A DNA stretch of 64,000 bases from Candidatus Egerieisoma sp. (GCA_045125595.1 JBGVNN010000054.1:74182-138181), one strand, 5' to 3'; positions 1-9,664 are shown, numbered from the stretch's first letter. A program made the numbers and translations. The notes: a model not told the origin generated them from the sequence alone.

Positions 1-37
1 TTTTAATATAATCGGATATTTTAATTTGCTTTTTCAT
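1..37 (-). CDS. Partial CDS (N-terminus MKKQIKISDYIK...), runs off the window edge
   Basis: Reverse-strand ATG at 37 with an AAGGTGG RBS-like sequence upstream, directly downstream of the radical SAM gene; the frame is open to the edge. Confidence 0.45.
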   Translation of the reverse strand, partial: MKKQIKISDYIK

Positions 38-63
38 TGTTAAATAACCACCTTGCGTTGGAA

Positions 64-1911
64 TTATCGTTTCATTCGCTTCCCATGTTTCTTTACAGGG
101 GTATGTTGTTGTGGCTTTTTGATTACAAGAGGAGCCACGAGACAACCGGGTTTGTTGCCTATTAAATCTTTGCGCCCTGCCTTGGTGAGAGCGGCAATGA
201 CAGCTTGCCTGTTTTCCGGACGGAAGTATTGCAAAAGTGCGCGTTGTTCGGCTTTTTGCTCTTTTGTTTTAGGAACGTAAACCTTTTTCATGGTGTACGG
301 GTCAATTTCCGAATAAAACATACAAGTGGAAATTGTGCCGGGGGTGGGGTAGAAATCCTGAACCTGCTGCGGCCTCAATTTCTGCTCTTTTAAGAAGAGT
401 GCAAGCTCGATAGCGTCCTTTAATGTCGAACCCGGGTGGGATGACATCAAATAGGGAACCAAATATTGTTCTTTCTTTACTTTTTTGCTTATAGCAAAGT
501 ATTTTTGCGCAAATTTCTTGTATGCTTCTATGTGCGGCTTGCCCATTTTGTCCAAAACTGCTGCGGAACAATGCTCGGGTGCTACCTTTAATTGTCCGCT
601 GACATGATGCTCTACAAGCTCTCTGAAAAATTCGTCGTTTTTATCTAATAACAAATAGTCGTATCGTATGCCCGAACGAATAAATACTTTTTTTACTTTT
701 GGAACTTTGCGCAAATCTTTGAGGATAGAGAGGTATTCCGAATGGTCAACCTTAAGCGCTTTACATGGAGTGGGAGCGAGGCACTTTTTCGACGGACACA
801 AACCGTATTTTTTTTGCTTCTCGCATGACGGAATTCTGAAGTTGGCTGTCGGCCCGCCCAAGTCGTGAATATATCCTTTAAAGTTTGGCTTTTGCGTCAG
901 GAGCTCTGCCTCGCGCAAAATCGACTCGCGGCTTCGGCAAGTAACAGCCCGGCCTTGATGAAATGCGATTGAGCAAAAATTACACGCTCCAAAACATCCT
1001 CTGTTGTGAGTTATCGAAAACTCTACTTCGGAAATTGCGGGCACGCCACCGGCTTCGTCGTATGAGGGATGCCAGGTTCGCTCAAATGGGAGCTCATATA
1101 TTGCATCTAATTCTTTAGTTGTAAGAGGAGGCATGGGCTGATTTTGCACAAGCCATCCCGAGCGTTGCTCTTGTATAAGCGGCCTGCCGCGTACGGCGTC
1201 TTGCTCATCAAGCTCGATGCGGCAGGATTCTGCGTATTTTTCTTTACTTTGTGTAATTTCTTTAAATGATGGCAGGTAAATCGCGCCTTTTTTTGTAGGG
1301 CGATTTTTTGTCATGTAGCAAGTGCCTTTGATATCTGTAAGTGATGCAATCGGTTCACCGTTATTTAATCGCCTGACAATCTGACGTGTTTGATTTTCAC
1401 CCATACCGAAAGAAAGCATATCTGCCTTGCAATCTTCTAAAACGGAAGGCATAACCTCGTCTTTCCAGTAATCATAGCCTGCGAAACGTCTTAAAGACGC
1501 TTCCAGTCCTCCTACAATTATGGGGATATTTCCGTATATATCTCTAATCTTTTTGCAGTAGACAGTGAGCGCACGGTCGGGGCGAAGACCCGCCTTTCCG
1601 CCCGGGGAGTAGGCATCTTCACTACGCTTCTTCTTTGCAGCCGTGTAGTGCGCAACCATTGAATCGACATTACCTGAATTTACCATAAAACCCAAACGTG
1701 GTCGGCCGAATCTTGTGAAGTCTTCGTTTGTTTTCCAATTGGGTTGTGCAAGGATAGCAACTCGCATACCTTCATCTTCGAGAACCCTTGAAATAATAGC
1801 AGTGCCGAACGACGGGTGGTCGACATATGCGTCGCCGGTGACAAGGACAAAATCAACCTCATCCCAGCCTCTTTCTTGAACTTCTTTTAATGTAATAGGT
1901 AAAAACGCCAT
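64..1911 (-). CDS. ygiQ: YgiQ/UPF0313 family radical SAM protein
   Basis: N-terminal VTGDAYVDHPSFG, radical SAM motif RGCFGACNFC, QVQDFYPTP. Start placed at ATG 1911 (GAAAGGCGG RBS upstream). Confidence 0.9.
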   Translation of the reverse strand: MAFLPITLKEVQERGWDEVDFVLVTGDAYVDHPSFGTAIISRVLEDEGMRVAILAQPNWKTNEDFTRFGRPRLGFMVNSGNVDSMVAHYTAAKKKRSEDAYSPGGKAGLRPDRALTVYCKKIRDIYGNIPIIVGGLEASLRRFAGYDYWKDEVMPSVLEDCKADMLSFGMGENQTRQIVRRLNNGEPIASLTDIKGTCYMTKNRPTKKGAIYLPSFKEITQSKEKYAESCRIELDEQDAVRGRPLIQEQRSGWLVQNQPMPPLTTKELDAIYELPFERTWHPSYDEAGGVPAISEVEFSITHNRGCFGACNFCSIAFHQGRAVTCRSRESILREAELLTQKPNFKGYIHDLGGPTANFRIPSCEKQKKYGLCPSKKCLAPTPCKALKVDHSEYLSILKDLRKVPKVKKVFIRSGIRYDYLLLDKNDEFFRELVEHHVSGQLKVAPEHCSAAVLDKMGKPHIEAYKKFAQKYFAISKKVKKEQYLVPYLMSSHPGSTLKDAIELALFLKEQKLRPQQVQDFYPTPGTISTCMFYSEIDPYTMKKVYVPKTKEQKAEQRALLQYFRPENRQAVIAALTKAGRKDLIGNKPGCLVAPLVIKKPQQHTPVKKHGKRMKR

Positions 1912-1954
1912 TTGCGAGCCGCCTTTCAAAAAATGCTGCCTATACTATAGCACG

Positions 1955-1986
1955 TTTTGCGCAAAATTGAAAGCTGTGACGCAAAA
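1955..1986. repeat. Spaced inverted repeat TTTTGCG-N18-CGCAAAA (copy 1 of a pair)
   Basis: ttttgcg caaaattgaaagctgtga cgcaaaa, in the ygiQ/gap divergent intergenic region. Confidence 0.9.
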
Positions 1987-2048
1987 CTGCAGTCGGTGTT
2001 TTGATAAAGTTTTGAGAGGTATTATGAGTCTGCTTTTAAAAAATGTGG

Positions 2049-2080
2049 TTTTGCGCAAACAGATGCGATTATGCGCAAAA
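2049..2080. repeat. Spaced inverted repeat TTTTGCG-N18-CGCAAAA (copy 2 of a pair, 94 bp after copy 1)
   Basis: ttttgcg caaacagatgcgattatg cgcaaaa. Confidence 0.9.
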
Positions 2081-2196
2081 CTGTAGCGGCGGGCGGAGAA
2101 GGACTTTCCGTCAGTAAAAATAAAAGGGTTGTTTTTTTTGCAAGCGTGGGGTATAATAGCAAATGGTAAATTTTTATTTTTTTGGAGGTAACAATT

Positions 2197-3210
2197 ATGG
2201 CAGTTAAAGTTGCTATTAATGGTTTTGGACGTATCGGCCGTCTTGCATTCAGACAAATGTTTGGAGCCGAAGGATATGAAGTAGTTGCAATTAACGATTT
2301 GACAAGCCCTGAGATGCTTGCACATCTTTTAAAGTATGATACAGCACAGGGAAGATATGACGGACACACAGTTGAGTGTGACGAGACATCTATCACAGTT
2401 GATGGCAAGAAAATCACAATTTATGCAGAGAAAGACGCTAAAGATCTTCCTTGGGGAGAAATTGGTGTTGACGTAGTTCTTGAGTGTACAGGTTTCTACA
2501 CATCAAAAGCTAAAGCACAGGCTCACATCGATGCAGGTGCTAAGAAGGTAGTTATTTCTGCTCCTGCAGGAAATGATCTTCCTACAATCGTTTACAGCGT
2601 TAACGAGAAAACTCTTACAGCTGATGACAAAATCATTTCTGCTGCTTCTTGTACAACAAACTGCCTTGCTCCTATGGCTAAAGCTCTTAACGACTATGCA
2701 GCTATCCAGAGCGGTATCATGACAACAGTTCATGCTTACACAGGTGACCAAATGGTTCTCGATGGTCCTCACAGAAAAGGCGACAAGAGAAGAGCAAGAG
2801 CTGCTGCAGCTAACATCGTTCCTAACTCAACAGGTGCAGCTAAAGCTATCGGTCTCGTTATTCCTGAGCTCAACGGTAAACTTATCGGTTCTGCTCAAAG
2901 AGTTCCTGTTCCTACAGGTTCAACAACAATTCTTATCGCAGTTGTTAAAGGTGCTGAAGTTACTAAAGAGGGCATCAACGCTGCAATGAAGGCTGCTTCT
3001 TCAGCTTCATTTGGTTACACAGAGGAAGAACTCGTTTCAAGCGACATCATCGGTATCAAATATGGTTCACTCTTCGATGCTACACAAACAATGGTATCAA
3101 AGATTGCTGATGACACATACCAAGTACAAGTTGTTTCATGGTATGACAACGAGAACTCATATACAAGCCAAATGGTTAGAACAATTAAGTATTTCGCTGA
3201 GTTGAACTAA
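2197..3210 (+). CDS. gap: Type I glyceraldehyde-3-phosphate dehydrogenase
   Basis: INGFGRIGR, catalytic [14 protein letters not shown]; GGAGG RBS before ATG 2197; strongly biased codon usage. Confidence 0.98.
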   Translation: MAVKVAINGFGRIGRLAFRQMFGAEGYEVVAINDLTSPEMLAHLLKYDTAQGRYDGHTVECDETSITVDGKKITIYAEKDAKDLPWGEIGVDVVLECTGFYTSKAKAQAHIDAGAKKVVISAPAGNDLPTIVYSVNEKTLTADDKIISAASCTTNCLAPMAKALNDYAAIQSGIMTTVHAYTGDQMVLDGPHRKGDKRRARAAAANIVPNSTGAAKAIGLVIPELNGKLIGSAQRVPVPTGSTTILIAVVKGAEVTKEGINAAMKAASSASFGYTEEELVSSDIIGIKYGSLFDATQTMVSKIADDTYQVQVVSWYDNENSYTSQMVRTIKYFAELN

Positions 3211-3235
3211 TTTTTGAGTTTTTAGAATTTGAAAT

Positions 3236-3280
3236 AAAGCCGGAGTCGACAAATATAAGTCGAACTCCGGCTTTTTATTT
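3236..3280 (+). terminator. Rho-independent terminator of gap
   Basis: aaagccggagtcgac...gtcgaactccggcttt stem followed by a T-run. Confidence 0.85.
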
Positions 3281-3296
3281 TTTCTTTTGCTTTTAG

Positions 3297-3328
3297 TTTT
3301 GCGCATATCATGTGGCTTTTGCGCAAAA
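3297..3328. repeat. Spaced inverted repeat TTTTGCG-N18-CGCAAAA
   Basis: ttttgcg catatcatgtggcttttg cgcaaaa, between the gap terminator and tmcAL. Confidence 0.9.
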
Positions 3329-3401
3329 CTCTTTCTTTAATCAAAGAAACGGTATATAATTATAAAGAAGTGTATTTAATAATTTATCGGTTGGTGACAA
3401 A

Positions 3402-4658
3402 ATGAACAAAACCAAAATTTGCGGGATTATTTGCGAATATAACCCTTTTCACAACGGACACATGCACCAAATAGCAGAAGCGCGTCGACTTTCCGGAGCT
3501 GATTATGTGATTGCTGTAATGAGTGGTGATTTTGTGCAGCGGGGTGAGCCGGCGGTGATTGATAAGTGGGCGAGAACAGAAATGGCCTTGCGTTGCGGTG
3601 CCGATATTGTCCTGGAGTTGCCGACTGTTTTTGCGCTTTCTTCTGCGGAATATTTCGCGACTGGTGCGGTTGATGTCTTGCAGAAAACAGGCATTGTGAC
3701 TCATATTTCTTTTGGAAGTGAAAATTTTGAGGGTCCGGATGGCGCCATTTCATTGAAAAAAATAGCTTCTGAGACAAAAAACGGACCTGTTGTTGATACT
3801 GAATTATTGAAAAAAGGCGCGTCATTTGCGGCTGCCAGCAGAAATTCCGTAGTGACGCTTCCTAACGATGTGTTGGCTACGGAATATTTGCGCGCGATTG
3901 AGAGGCTTGGCGCAAAACTGGAAGTTGTGCCGATAAAACGCATTGGAGATGGCCATGTTGGAAAGGGTAGCGCTATGTTCATACGTGGGCTGCTATCTGA
4001 GGGGAATTTAGCAGAAACGAGAAAATATATGCCAGCAGTTGCGTTTGAAATCTTGCAAAGAGAAATTAATAACGGCAAGGGACCGGTAAAAGCGGAAATG
4101 TTTGGAAATGTTATTTTAGCCGACTTGCGTCGGCTGGGCGTGGAGGGATTGCGCGAAAATCCATTTGTTAGCGAGGGTTTGGAATACAAAATTTATGCTG
4201 CAGCTTGCGAAAGTGGTAGCTTTGGTGAATTTGTATCGCAATGTACTTCAAAGAGATATACATCTTCTCGTATAAGGCGAGCTGCTTTTGCGTCGATGCT
4301 TGGCATAAAGCGCAAAATGCTTAGTGTGCCGGTACCTTATATAAGGGTTTTGGGAATGCGTCGTAGTTGTGGCAAACTTATGGATTTGCTGAATTTAAAA
4401 GCAGAAGTTCCGGTGGTGACATCAAAAGCGAAATTTTTACGTGCTTTAGAGTTGCGTGAGAGAAGTTTTGAAGAAGAGTCTACAAAAATATTTGAGGGTG
4501 GGTTTTGCGCAAATGATGTATCTTATGACGCAAAAATTTCTGAGGATTTTTTCAGAATAGAAAATATCGCAGCAGATTTATATTCGCTTGCTTTTTTGAA
4601 TCCAAAAAGTCGTGTTGCCTCTTCGGAAATGACGCATCCGCTTGTGTTTGCTGATTAA
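3402..4658 (+). CDS. tmcAL: tRNA(Met) cytidine acetate ligase (YlbM/TmcAL, HIGH nucleotidyltransferase)
   Basis: GIICEYNPFHNGH, VMSGDFVQRGEPA, SAEYFA, PNDVLATEY, KRYTSSRIRR, YIRVLG. Confidence 0.9.
   Translation: MNKTKICGIICEYNPFHNGHMHQIAEARRLSGADYVIAVMSGDFVQRGEPAVIDKWARTEMALRCGADIVLELPTVFALSSAEYFATGAVDVLQKTGIVTHISFGSENFEGPDGAISLKKIASETKNGPVVDTELLKKGASFAAASRNSVVTLPNDVLATEYLRAIERLGAKLEVVPIKRIGDGHVGKGSAMFIRGLLSEGNLAETRKYMPAVAFEILQREINNGKGPVKAEMFGNVILADLRRLGVEGLRENPFVSEGLEYKIYAAACESGSFGEFVSQCTSKRYTSSRIRRAAFASMLGIKRKMLSVPVPYIRVLGMRRSCGKLMDLLNLKAEVPVVTSKAKFLRALELRERSFEEESTKIFEGGFCANDVSYDAKISEDFFRIENIAADLYSLAFLNPKSRVASSEMTHPLVFAD
4286..4317. repeat. TTTTGCG-N18-CGCAAAA copy inside the tmcAL coding sequence
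   Basis: ttttgcg tcgatgcttggcataaag cgcaaaa. Near copies in the same gene at 3886-3917 (ATTTGCG-N18) and 4503-4535 (N19). Confidence 0.8.
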
Positions 4659-4735
4659 TCCGATTTTTTCATGCCGAAAGCTGTTCTCAAAAGACAACTG
4701 ATTGGTTTGGGCGGCTTGATAACTATTATTTTCAT
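4655..4735 (-). CDS. spoVM: Stage V sporulation protein M (26 aa, MKIIVIKPPKPISCLLRTAFGMKKSD); not in the supplied ORF track
   Basis: Translated by hand. GAGGTG RBS upstream of the ATG; same length as B. subtilis SpoVM (MKFYTIKLPKFLGGIVRAMLGSFRKD), with the MK-x3-IK-x-PK pattern, Pro9 and an amphipathic helix. Confidence 0.85.
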   Translation of the reverse strand: MKIIVIKPPKPISCLLRTAFGMKKSD

Positions 4736-4780
4736 ATTACACCTCAATTATAAATCGTTAGCTTTTGATATATTATACGG

Positions 4781-4812
4781 TTTTGCGCATAATTGTGTTC
4801 GTGTGCGCAAAA
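4781..4812. repeat. Spaced inverted repeat TTTTGCG-N18-CGCAAAA (copy 1 of a pair)
   Basis: ttttgcg cataattgtgttcgtgtg cgcaaaa, 45 bp upstream of the spoVM start. Confidence 0.9.
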
Positions 4813-4853
4813 CTTTTGTTTTTTTTTGAAAATTTTTTTGGTTAATGAAATGA

Positions 4854-4885
4854 TTTTGCGTAAATTGAAGGTTGCATACGCAAAA
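4854..4885. repeat. Spaced inverted repeat TTTTGCG-N18-CGCAAAA (copy 2 of a pair, 73 bp after copy 1)
   Basis: ttttgcg taaattgaaggttgcata cgcaaaa. Confidence 0.9.
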
Positions 4886-5041
4886 CTGTATGCGGAAAAG
4901 AGAAAGTTGATTGTGAGTGTGAAAATTGATATAAAATTGCTAACAGTTTCCTTATTTGTTATAAATTGTAAAAAATGTACATTTTAGGAAGAATGCGATA
5001 ATAATGTATATAAAAATATTAAAAAAATCAAAAAAAGTATA

Positions 5042-5070
5042 ATGACAAACGTATTAAATGGTGGTATAAT
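5042..5070 (+). promoter_or_regulatory. Sigma-A promoter (extended -10) of the 381-aa gene
   Basis: ATGACA-17bp-TATAAT with TG-n before the -10. Confidence 0.65.
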
Positions 5071-5100
5071 GTCGACACTGAATTTTGAAAGGAAAGTGAT

Positions 5101-6246
5101 TTGATGATTAAGTTGACAAGAGCAGCAAAGACGAAGCAGTTTCCGGATGAGATGAGTGAAAGATTGTATAACCAATATGGTGGATTGAATAATGATTTAT
5201 TTTATGAAAAGCTAAAAAAATTAAAGCAAGCAGTAAAAAATGTCGCAATTTGCATGCTTAAAATCGAGTGCCTTGAAAAGCAGGGATTACCGTCTGATTG
5301 CAATATTGTTTTCAGTAATACTACTCAATTGTATGTAGACAAAAGCGGCAAAAAGAAGATTTATAAGAATACGACAGCGTATATAACGCAAAATTCCCAA
5401 AAATATAATGTTAGTAAAAAATATCCGTATCCGGCGAGATTGACTAGTCATATGGATTATAACGATCCTCAAAATCCGATTTGTAGGTTGTTTTTGCAGG
5501 CAAGATTAGAATTGAAACGAGAAAATGAATATTTGATTGAGTGTGAGACCAAAATTGCGAAACTTTATTGTGATAGTATTAATAGTATGCCACTATCAAA
5601 AAAAGTAAAAAAATTCGATTTGCAGGTTGAAATAAAAAATGCGTACGCAGAATTGATTGCTTCAGATGATCGGCTTTTGATTTTAAAACAACTCCAAGAA
5701 TTTTTGGGAATAGATTATTGTATAATAACGGATTCTTATGATGTTTTGCAAAAAAATACATATCAAAATAAAATTATTGACGAAAATGGACGTCAATTTA
5801 GATCAAAAAATGAAATGATTGCAGCAGGATGTATGGCTGATGCCGGGGTGAGTTGCATTTTTGAACCATTTTATCCGGGAACAAATTGGCGTGCTGACTT
5901 TGCATTGATATGTTCAAGGAATATTGATGTTTTGCCTACGGAAATTAACTGCACTGCCGGAAGTTTGCGGGGGATTTCCGAAGTGAAAGACAGCTATGAG
6001 TTGAAGCAGATTTTTGTAGAAATAACCGGCAAAAGAGGAGAAGAAAAATACGATAAAAAGTTGATTGAAAAACGTAAGTTGTCAAAGGAAAAAGGGATTC
6101 CTTTGGTCTTTGTAGACATGACCGATTATCCGGACGAAGGAGGACAAGTACAGACACATTTGGAGTATAAAAAGTTAATGGAGATTTTTCAGAATTTGTA
6201 TGTCGGATACATAGTTGCGGCAGGCCAATTTGTGACACCTTATTAA
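5101..6246 (+). CDS. Hypothetical protein with a C-terminal PD-(D/E)XK-like (DUF559/Vsr-like) nuclease domain
   Basis: C-terminal FRSKNE...FEP...ADF...FVEITG...Y..K..EK...GIPLVFVD pattern. The N-terminal ~220 aa are helical, Lys-rich and unrecognised; the gene is AT-rich. Confidence 0.55.
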   Translation: MMIKLTRAAKTKQFPDEMSERLYNQYGGLNNDLFYEKLKKLKQAVKNVAICMLKIECLEKQGLPSDCNIVFSNTTQLYVDKSGKKKIYKNTTAYITQNSQKYNVSKKYPYPARLTSHMDYNDPQNPICRLFLQARLELKRENEYLIECETKIAKLYCDSINSMPLSKKVKKFDLQVEIKNAYAELIASDDRLLILKQLQEFLGIDYCIITDSYDVLQKNTYQNKIIDENGRQFRSKNEMIAAGCMADAGVSCIFEPFYPGTNWRADFALICSRNIDVLPTEINCTAGSLRGISEVKDSYELKQIFVEITGKRGEEKYDKKLIEKRKLSKEKGIPLVFVDMTDYPDEGGQVQTHLEYKKLMEIFQNLYVGYIVAAGQFVTPY

Positions 6247-6345
6247 TAAACTTTTTTTGAAAAAACAGAGGTTTATTGTTGAGAATTTGTGTTATATGTG
6301 ATAAAATTGTGCCTGAAATAAAAAAATCAAAAATAGGAGACAAAA

Positions 6346-6963
6346 ATGAACGATTTGACAATAAATGAGTTTTTGGAAAAGCTGAGTGGAGATGCTCCGA
6401 TTCCCGGTGGCGGTGGTGCATCTGCGCTTATAGGCGGTTTAAGTGCGGCGTTGTGTTCGATGGTTGCATCACTTACAACAGGGAAAAAGAAATATGCAGA
6501 ATTTCAAGAAGATATAGAAAGAATTTTATCAGATACAGCGCAAATAATTAAAAATATGCAAAAACTTATAGAAAAGGATGCAGAGGTTTTTGAACCGCTT
6601 TCGAAGGCATATGGCATTCCGAAAGATGACCCGAATAGAGATGAGATTTTAGGAGCTGCCTTGAAACTTGCGTGCAGTGCACCGATGGAAATTGTTTGCG
6701 AAGCATGTCGTATAGTACCTATTTTGGAAGAATTAACCATAAAAGGCTCTAAAATTGCACTGAGTGATGTTGGTGTGGCTGCGACAGCATGCAAGGCAAC
6801 TATACAAGGCGGTGCGCTTAATGTATATATTAACACAAGGTTGATTAAAGATAGAGAGTTTGCGCAAAACGCAGATACAAAAACACAAAAAATATGCGAA
6901 GACTATATTCCGAGATGTGATGCGGTTTATAGCGCTGTTGAAAAATATTTAAGAAATAAATGA
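6346..6963 (+). CDS. fchA: Formiminotetrahydrofolate cyclodeaminase / methenyl-THF cyclohydrolase (FTCD_C family)
   Basis: PIPGGGGASA, MVASLTTGKKKY, SDVGVA, LNVYIN; directly upstream of folD. Confidence 0.85.
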   Translation: MNDLTINEFLEKLSGDAPIPGGGGASALIGGLSAALCSMVASLTTGKKKYAEFQEDIERILSDTAQIIKNMQKLIEKDAEVFEPLSKAYGIPKDDPNRDEILGAALKLACSAPMEIVCEACRIVPILEELTIKGSKIALSDVGVAATACKATIQGGALNVYINTRLIKDREFAQNADTKTQKICEDYIPRCDAVYSAVEKYLRNK

Positions 6964-6980
6964 TCTGTAGGAGGCTATAA

Positions 6981-7844
6981 ATGAGAGAATTGAGAGGTGC
7001 CCCGGTGGCGGCGGCAATTACTGAAGAAAGTAAAGAAAAAATTGCTTTTTTGAAGAAAGAGGGTATAGTACCTACATTAGCAATTATTCGAATTGGAGCC
7101 AGAGCGGACGATGAGTCGTATGAAAAAGGTGCGGAGAAAAGGTTCGCGACTGCAGGCGCCGAAATCAAGAAATTTATTTTACCGGAAGATACAACCCAAG
7201 AAGAATTGGAAGATATAGTAAAAAAAATAAATAATGATGATACTATACATGGTATTTTAATGTTCCGACCATTGCCGGCACATATGAATGAAGAAAAAAT
7301 CAAACAGATTATTTCTATGGAGAAAGATGTAGATGGTATGTCTTATGCAGGACTTGGTAGTTTGATTGCCTCTAAAGCAGGTAAAATACAAGCATATGCG
7401 CCGTGTACACCAACGGCAGTGATTGAAGTTCTTGATTTTTACAATATTGATCTTACAGGCAAAAAAATTGCGGTTGTGGGAAGAAGTGCTGTTGTCGGAT
7501 TGCCATTGGCGGTTATGCTTATACAAAGAAATGCCACAGTAACAGTCTGTCATACGAGAACAAAAAATCTGCCGGATGAATGTCGTGAAGCAGATATAAT
7601 AATTGCGGCAGCAGGTAAGGCAAAGATGATTGGTAAAGAGCACCTTTCAGTTGGACAAGTGTTGATAGATGTCGGTATTAATTTTATTGATGGCAAAATG
7701 TGTGGAGATATAGATTTTGAAGTGGCTGCTGAGTATGCTTCGGAAATTACACCGGTGCCAGGTGGTGTGGGCGCAGTAACTACGTCTGTTTTGTTGAAAC
7801 ACACAGTAAATAGTGCATTTAAGAAATTGAAAAATGAAAAATAA
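6981..7844 (+). CDS. folD: Bifunctional methylene-THF dehydrogenase/cyclohydrolase
   Basis: KDVDG, PCTP, VVGRSAVVG, ATVTVCH, IDVGIN, TPVPGGVG. Confidence 0.95.
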   Translation: MRELRGAPVAAAITEESKEKIAFLKKEGIVPTLAIIRIGARADDESYEKGAEKRFATAGAEIKKFILPEDTTQEELEDIVKKINNDDTIHGILMFRPLPAHMNEEKIKQIISMEKDVDGMSYAGLGSLIASKAGKIQAYAPCTPTAVIEVLDFYNIDLTGKKIAVVGRSAVVGLPLAVMLIQRNATVTVCHTRTKNLPDECREADIIIAAAGKAKMIGKEHLSVGQVLIDVGINFIDGKMCGDIDFEVAAEYASEITPVPGGVGAVTTSVLLKHTVNSAFKKLKNEK

Positions 7845-7867
7845 TAAATGGTGAGGACAGATTTATC

Positions 7868-9664
7868 ATGAAAGAGATAAAGAAAAGAGACGAAATAGAC
7901 GCTAAATATAAATGGAAGTTAGAGGATCTTTTTGAAAATGCAGAAGCATGGCAGAAAGCAGCAGATGCGGCTGAAATAAAAATTTCCGAAATATCTAAAT
8001 TTTCAAAGAAATTCACAAAATCCGGACAGTCGTTATTTGATTGTTTAAAAGCTTTGAATGAACTTGGCGGAGAAATAACAAAGTTATATGTGTATGCTTA
8101 TATGAAAAGAGACGAGGATAACACAAACGCAAAATCGCAAGAAATAGCAGGTAAAGCGGATTATTTGTTGACGAAATATTCAGAGAAAACTGCTTTTTTT
8201 GAACCTGAATTGTTGAGATTAAAGCCGGGAAGATTGGATTCGATGAAAAAAAGAATGACCAAGCTTAAAGAGTATGAATTTTTGATAGACGAAATAATGA
8301 GAAAAAAATCACATATTCTCAGTCTGTCAGAAGAAAAGCTGCTTGCTATGTCCGGAGAAGCTACATCAGTAGGTCAAGATGTTTTTACTATGTTTAATAA
8401 TGCAGATATACAATTTCAGCCTGTTGTAAATGAAAACGGAGAAAAATCGGATCTCACAATAGGTAGGTATATTAAATTTTTAGAGTCGAAAGACAGAAAA
8501 GTAAGAAGAAGAGCGTTTAAATCTATGTATGAGACATACGCAAACCACAAGAATACTTTAGCAGCGGCATATGCCGGTAATGTTAAATCAGATGCATTTT
8601 ATTCTAAAGCACGCAAATTTAGATCGAGCTTTCTTGCTTCTTTGTATCATGACAATATACCTTCAAAGGTATATAACGGTTTATTAAAATCTGTTCACGG
8701 GCATATAGCTCTTCTAACTAAATATTTAAAAATTAGGCAAAAAGTTCTGGGACTCAGAAAAGTTCATATGTACGATTTGTATGTATCTTTGGTTGATGTC
8801 CCTGAAAAAACATACACGTTTGAAGAGGCAAGGACTATAGTAATAGAAGCTTTGAAACCTTTAGGCAAAGATTATGGAAAAGTGTTAAAAAAGGCTTTTT
8901 CTGAAGGTTGGATTGATGTTTGTGAAAATCAAGGTAAACGTGTTGGGGCTTATTCTTGGGGATGCTATGATTGCCATCCGTATGTATTGCTTAATTGGCA
9001 AGGAACAATTAATGATGTATTTACTTTAGCACATGAATTGGGACATGCGCTGCATTCGTATTATAGTAATGCATCACAGCCTATTCAGTATGCAAATTAT
9101 AAAATTTTTGTTGCTGAAGTTGCATCTACTGTAAATGAAAATTTACTTATGGAATATATGCTCAAAAAAAGCAAAGACAATACAGAAAAAGCATTTTTGT
9201 TAAATCATTATCTTGAAGAATTCCGAGCAACTGTTTACAGACAAACTATGTTTGCTGAATTTGAAAAAGATGCTCATAAAATGTATGAGACAGGTGATGT
9301 ACTCACGGCAGAATCTTTATCAGAGTTGTATATGGGACTGCAACATAGGTATTTTAAGAAAGTTGTAAAAATTGACGAAGAAATTGCTATGGAATGGGCT
9401 CGAATACCGCATTTTTATACGTCATTCTATGTCTATAAATATGCGACGGGATTTTCGTCGGCAACACATCTTGCGGCAGGTATTTTAAGTGGAGATAGGG
9501 GGAAAATTGCGTCTTATCTTGAATTCTTAAAGAGTGGTGGCTCTGATTATCCATTGGAAATACTCAAAAAAGCAGGTGTTGATTTGTCTACTACAGAGCC
9601 TATTGATGCAGCATTTGATGTTTTTGAAGAAAAATTAAATCAATTTGAGGCGTTGATGTTTTAA
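7868..9664 (+). CDS. pepF: Oligoendopeptidase F (M3B)
   Basis: TLAHELGHALH zinc motif, AEVASTVNE, WARIPHFY, YVYKYATG. Confidence 0.95.
   Translation: MKEIKKRDEIDAKYKWKLEDLFENAEAWQKAADAAEIKISEISKFSKKFTKSGQSLFDCLKALNELGGEITKLYVYAYMKRDEDNTNAKSQEIAGKADYLLTKYSEKTAFFEPELLRLKPGRLDSMKKRMTKLKEYEFLIDEIMRKKSHILSLSEEKLLAMSGEATSVGQDVFTMFNNADIQFQPVVNENGEKSDLTIGRYIKFLESKDRKVRRRAFKSMYETYANHKNTLAAAYAGNVKSDAFYSKARKFRSSFLASLYHDNIPSKVYNGLLKSVHGHIALLTKYLKIRQKVLGLRKVHMYDLYVSLVDVPEKTYTFEEARTIVIEALKPLGKDYGKVLKKAFSEGWIDVCENQGKRVGAYSWGCYDCHPYVLLNWQGTINDVFTLAHELGHALHSYYSNASQPIQYANYKIFVAEVASTVNENLLMEYMLKKSKDNTEKAFLLNHYLEEFRATVYRQTMFAEFEKDAHKMYETGDVLTAESLSELYMGLQHRYFKKVVKIDEEIAMEWARIPHFYTSFYVYKYATGFSSATHLAAGILSGDRGKIASYLEFLKSGGSDYPLEILKKAGVDLSTTEPIDAAFDVFEEKLNQFEALMF

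Noticed and set aside
502-716. Isolated TTTGCGCAAA palindromes (about 504 and 706) as motif copies
   Set aside because: No partner arm at 17-19 bp, so not counted. The similar case near 6858 has only a degenerate partner.
5101-6246. Restriction-modification or toxin-antitoxin system
   Set aside because: No adjacent methyltransferase, specificity subunit or antitoxin-sized ORF.
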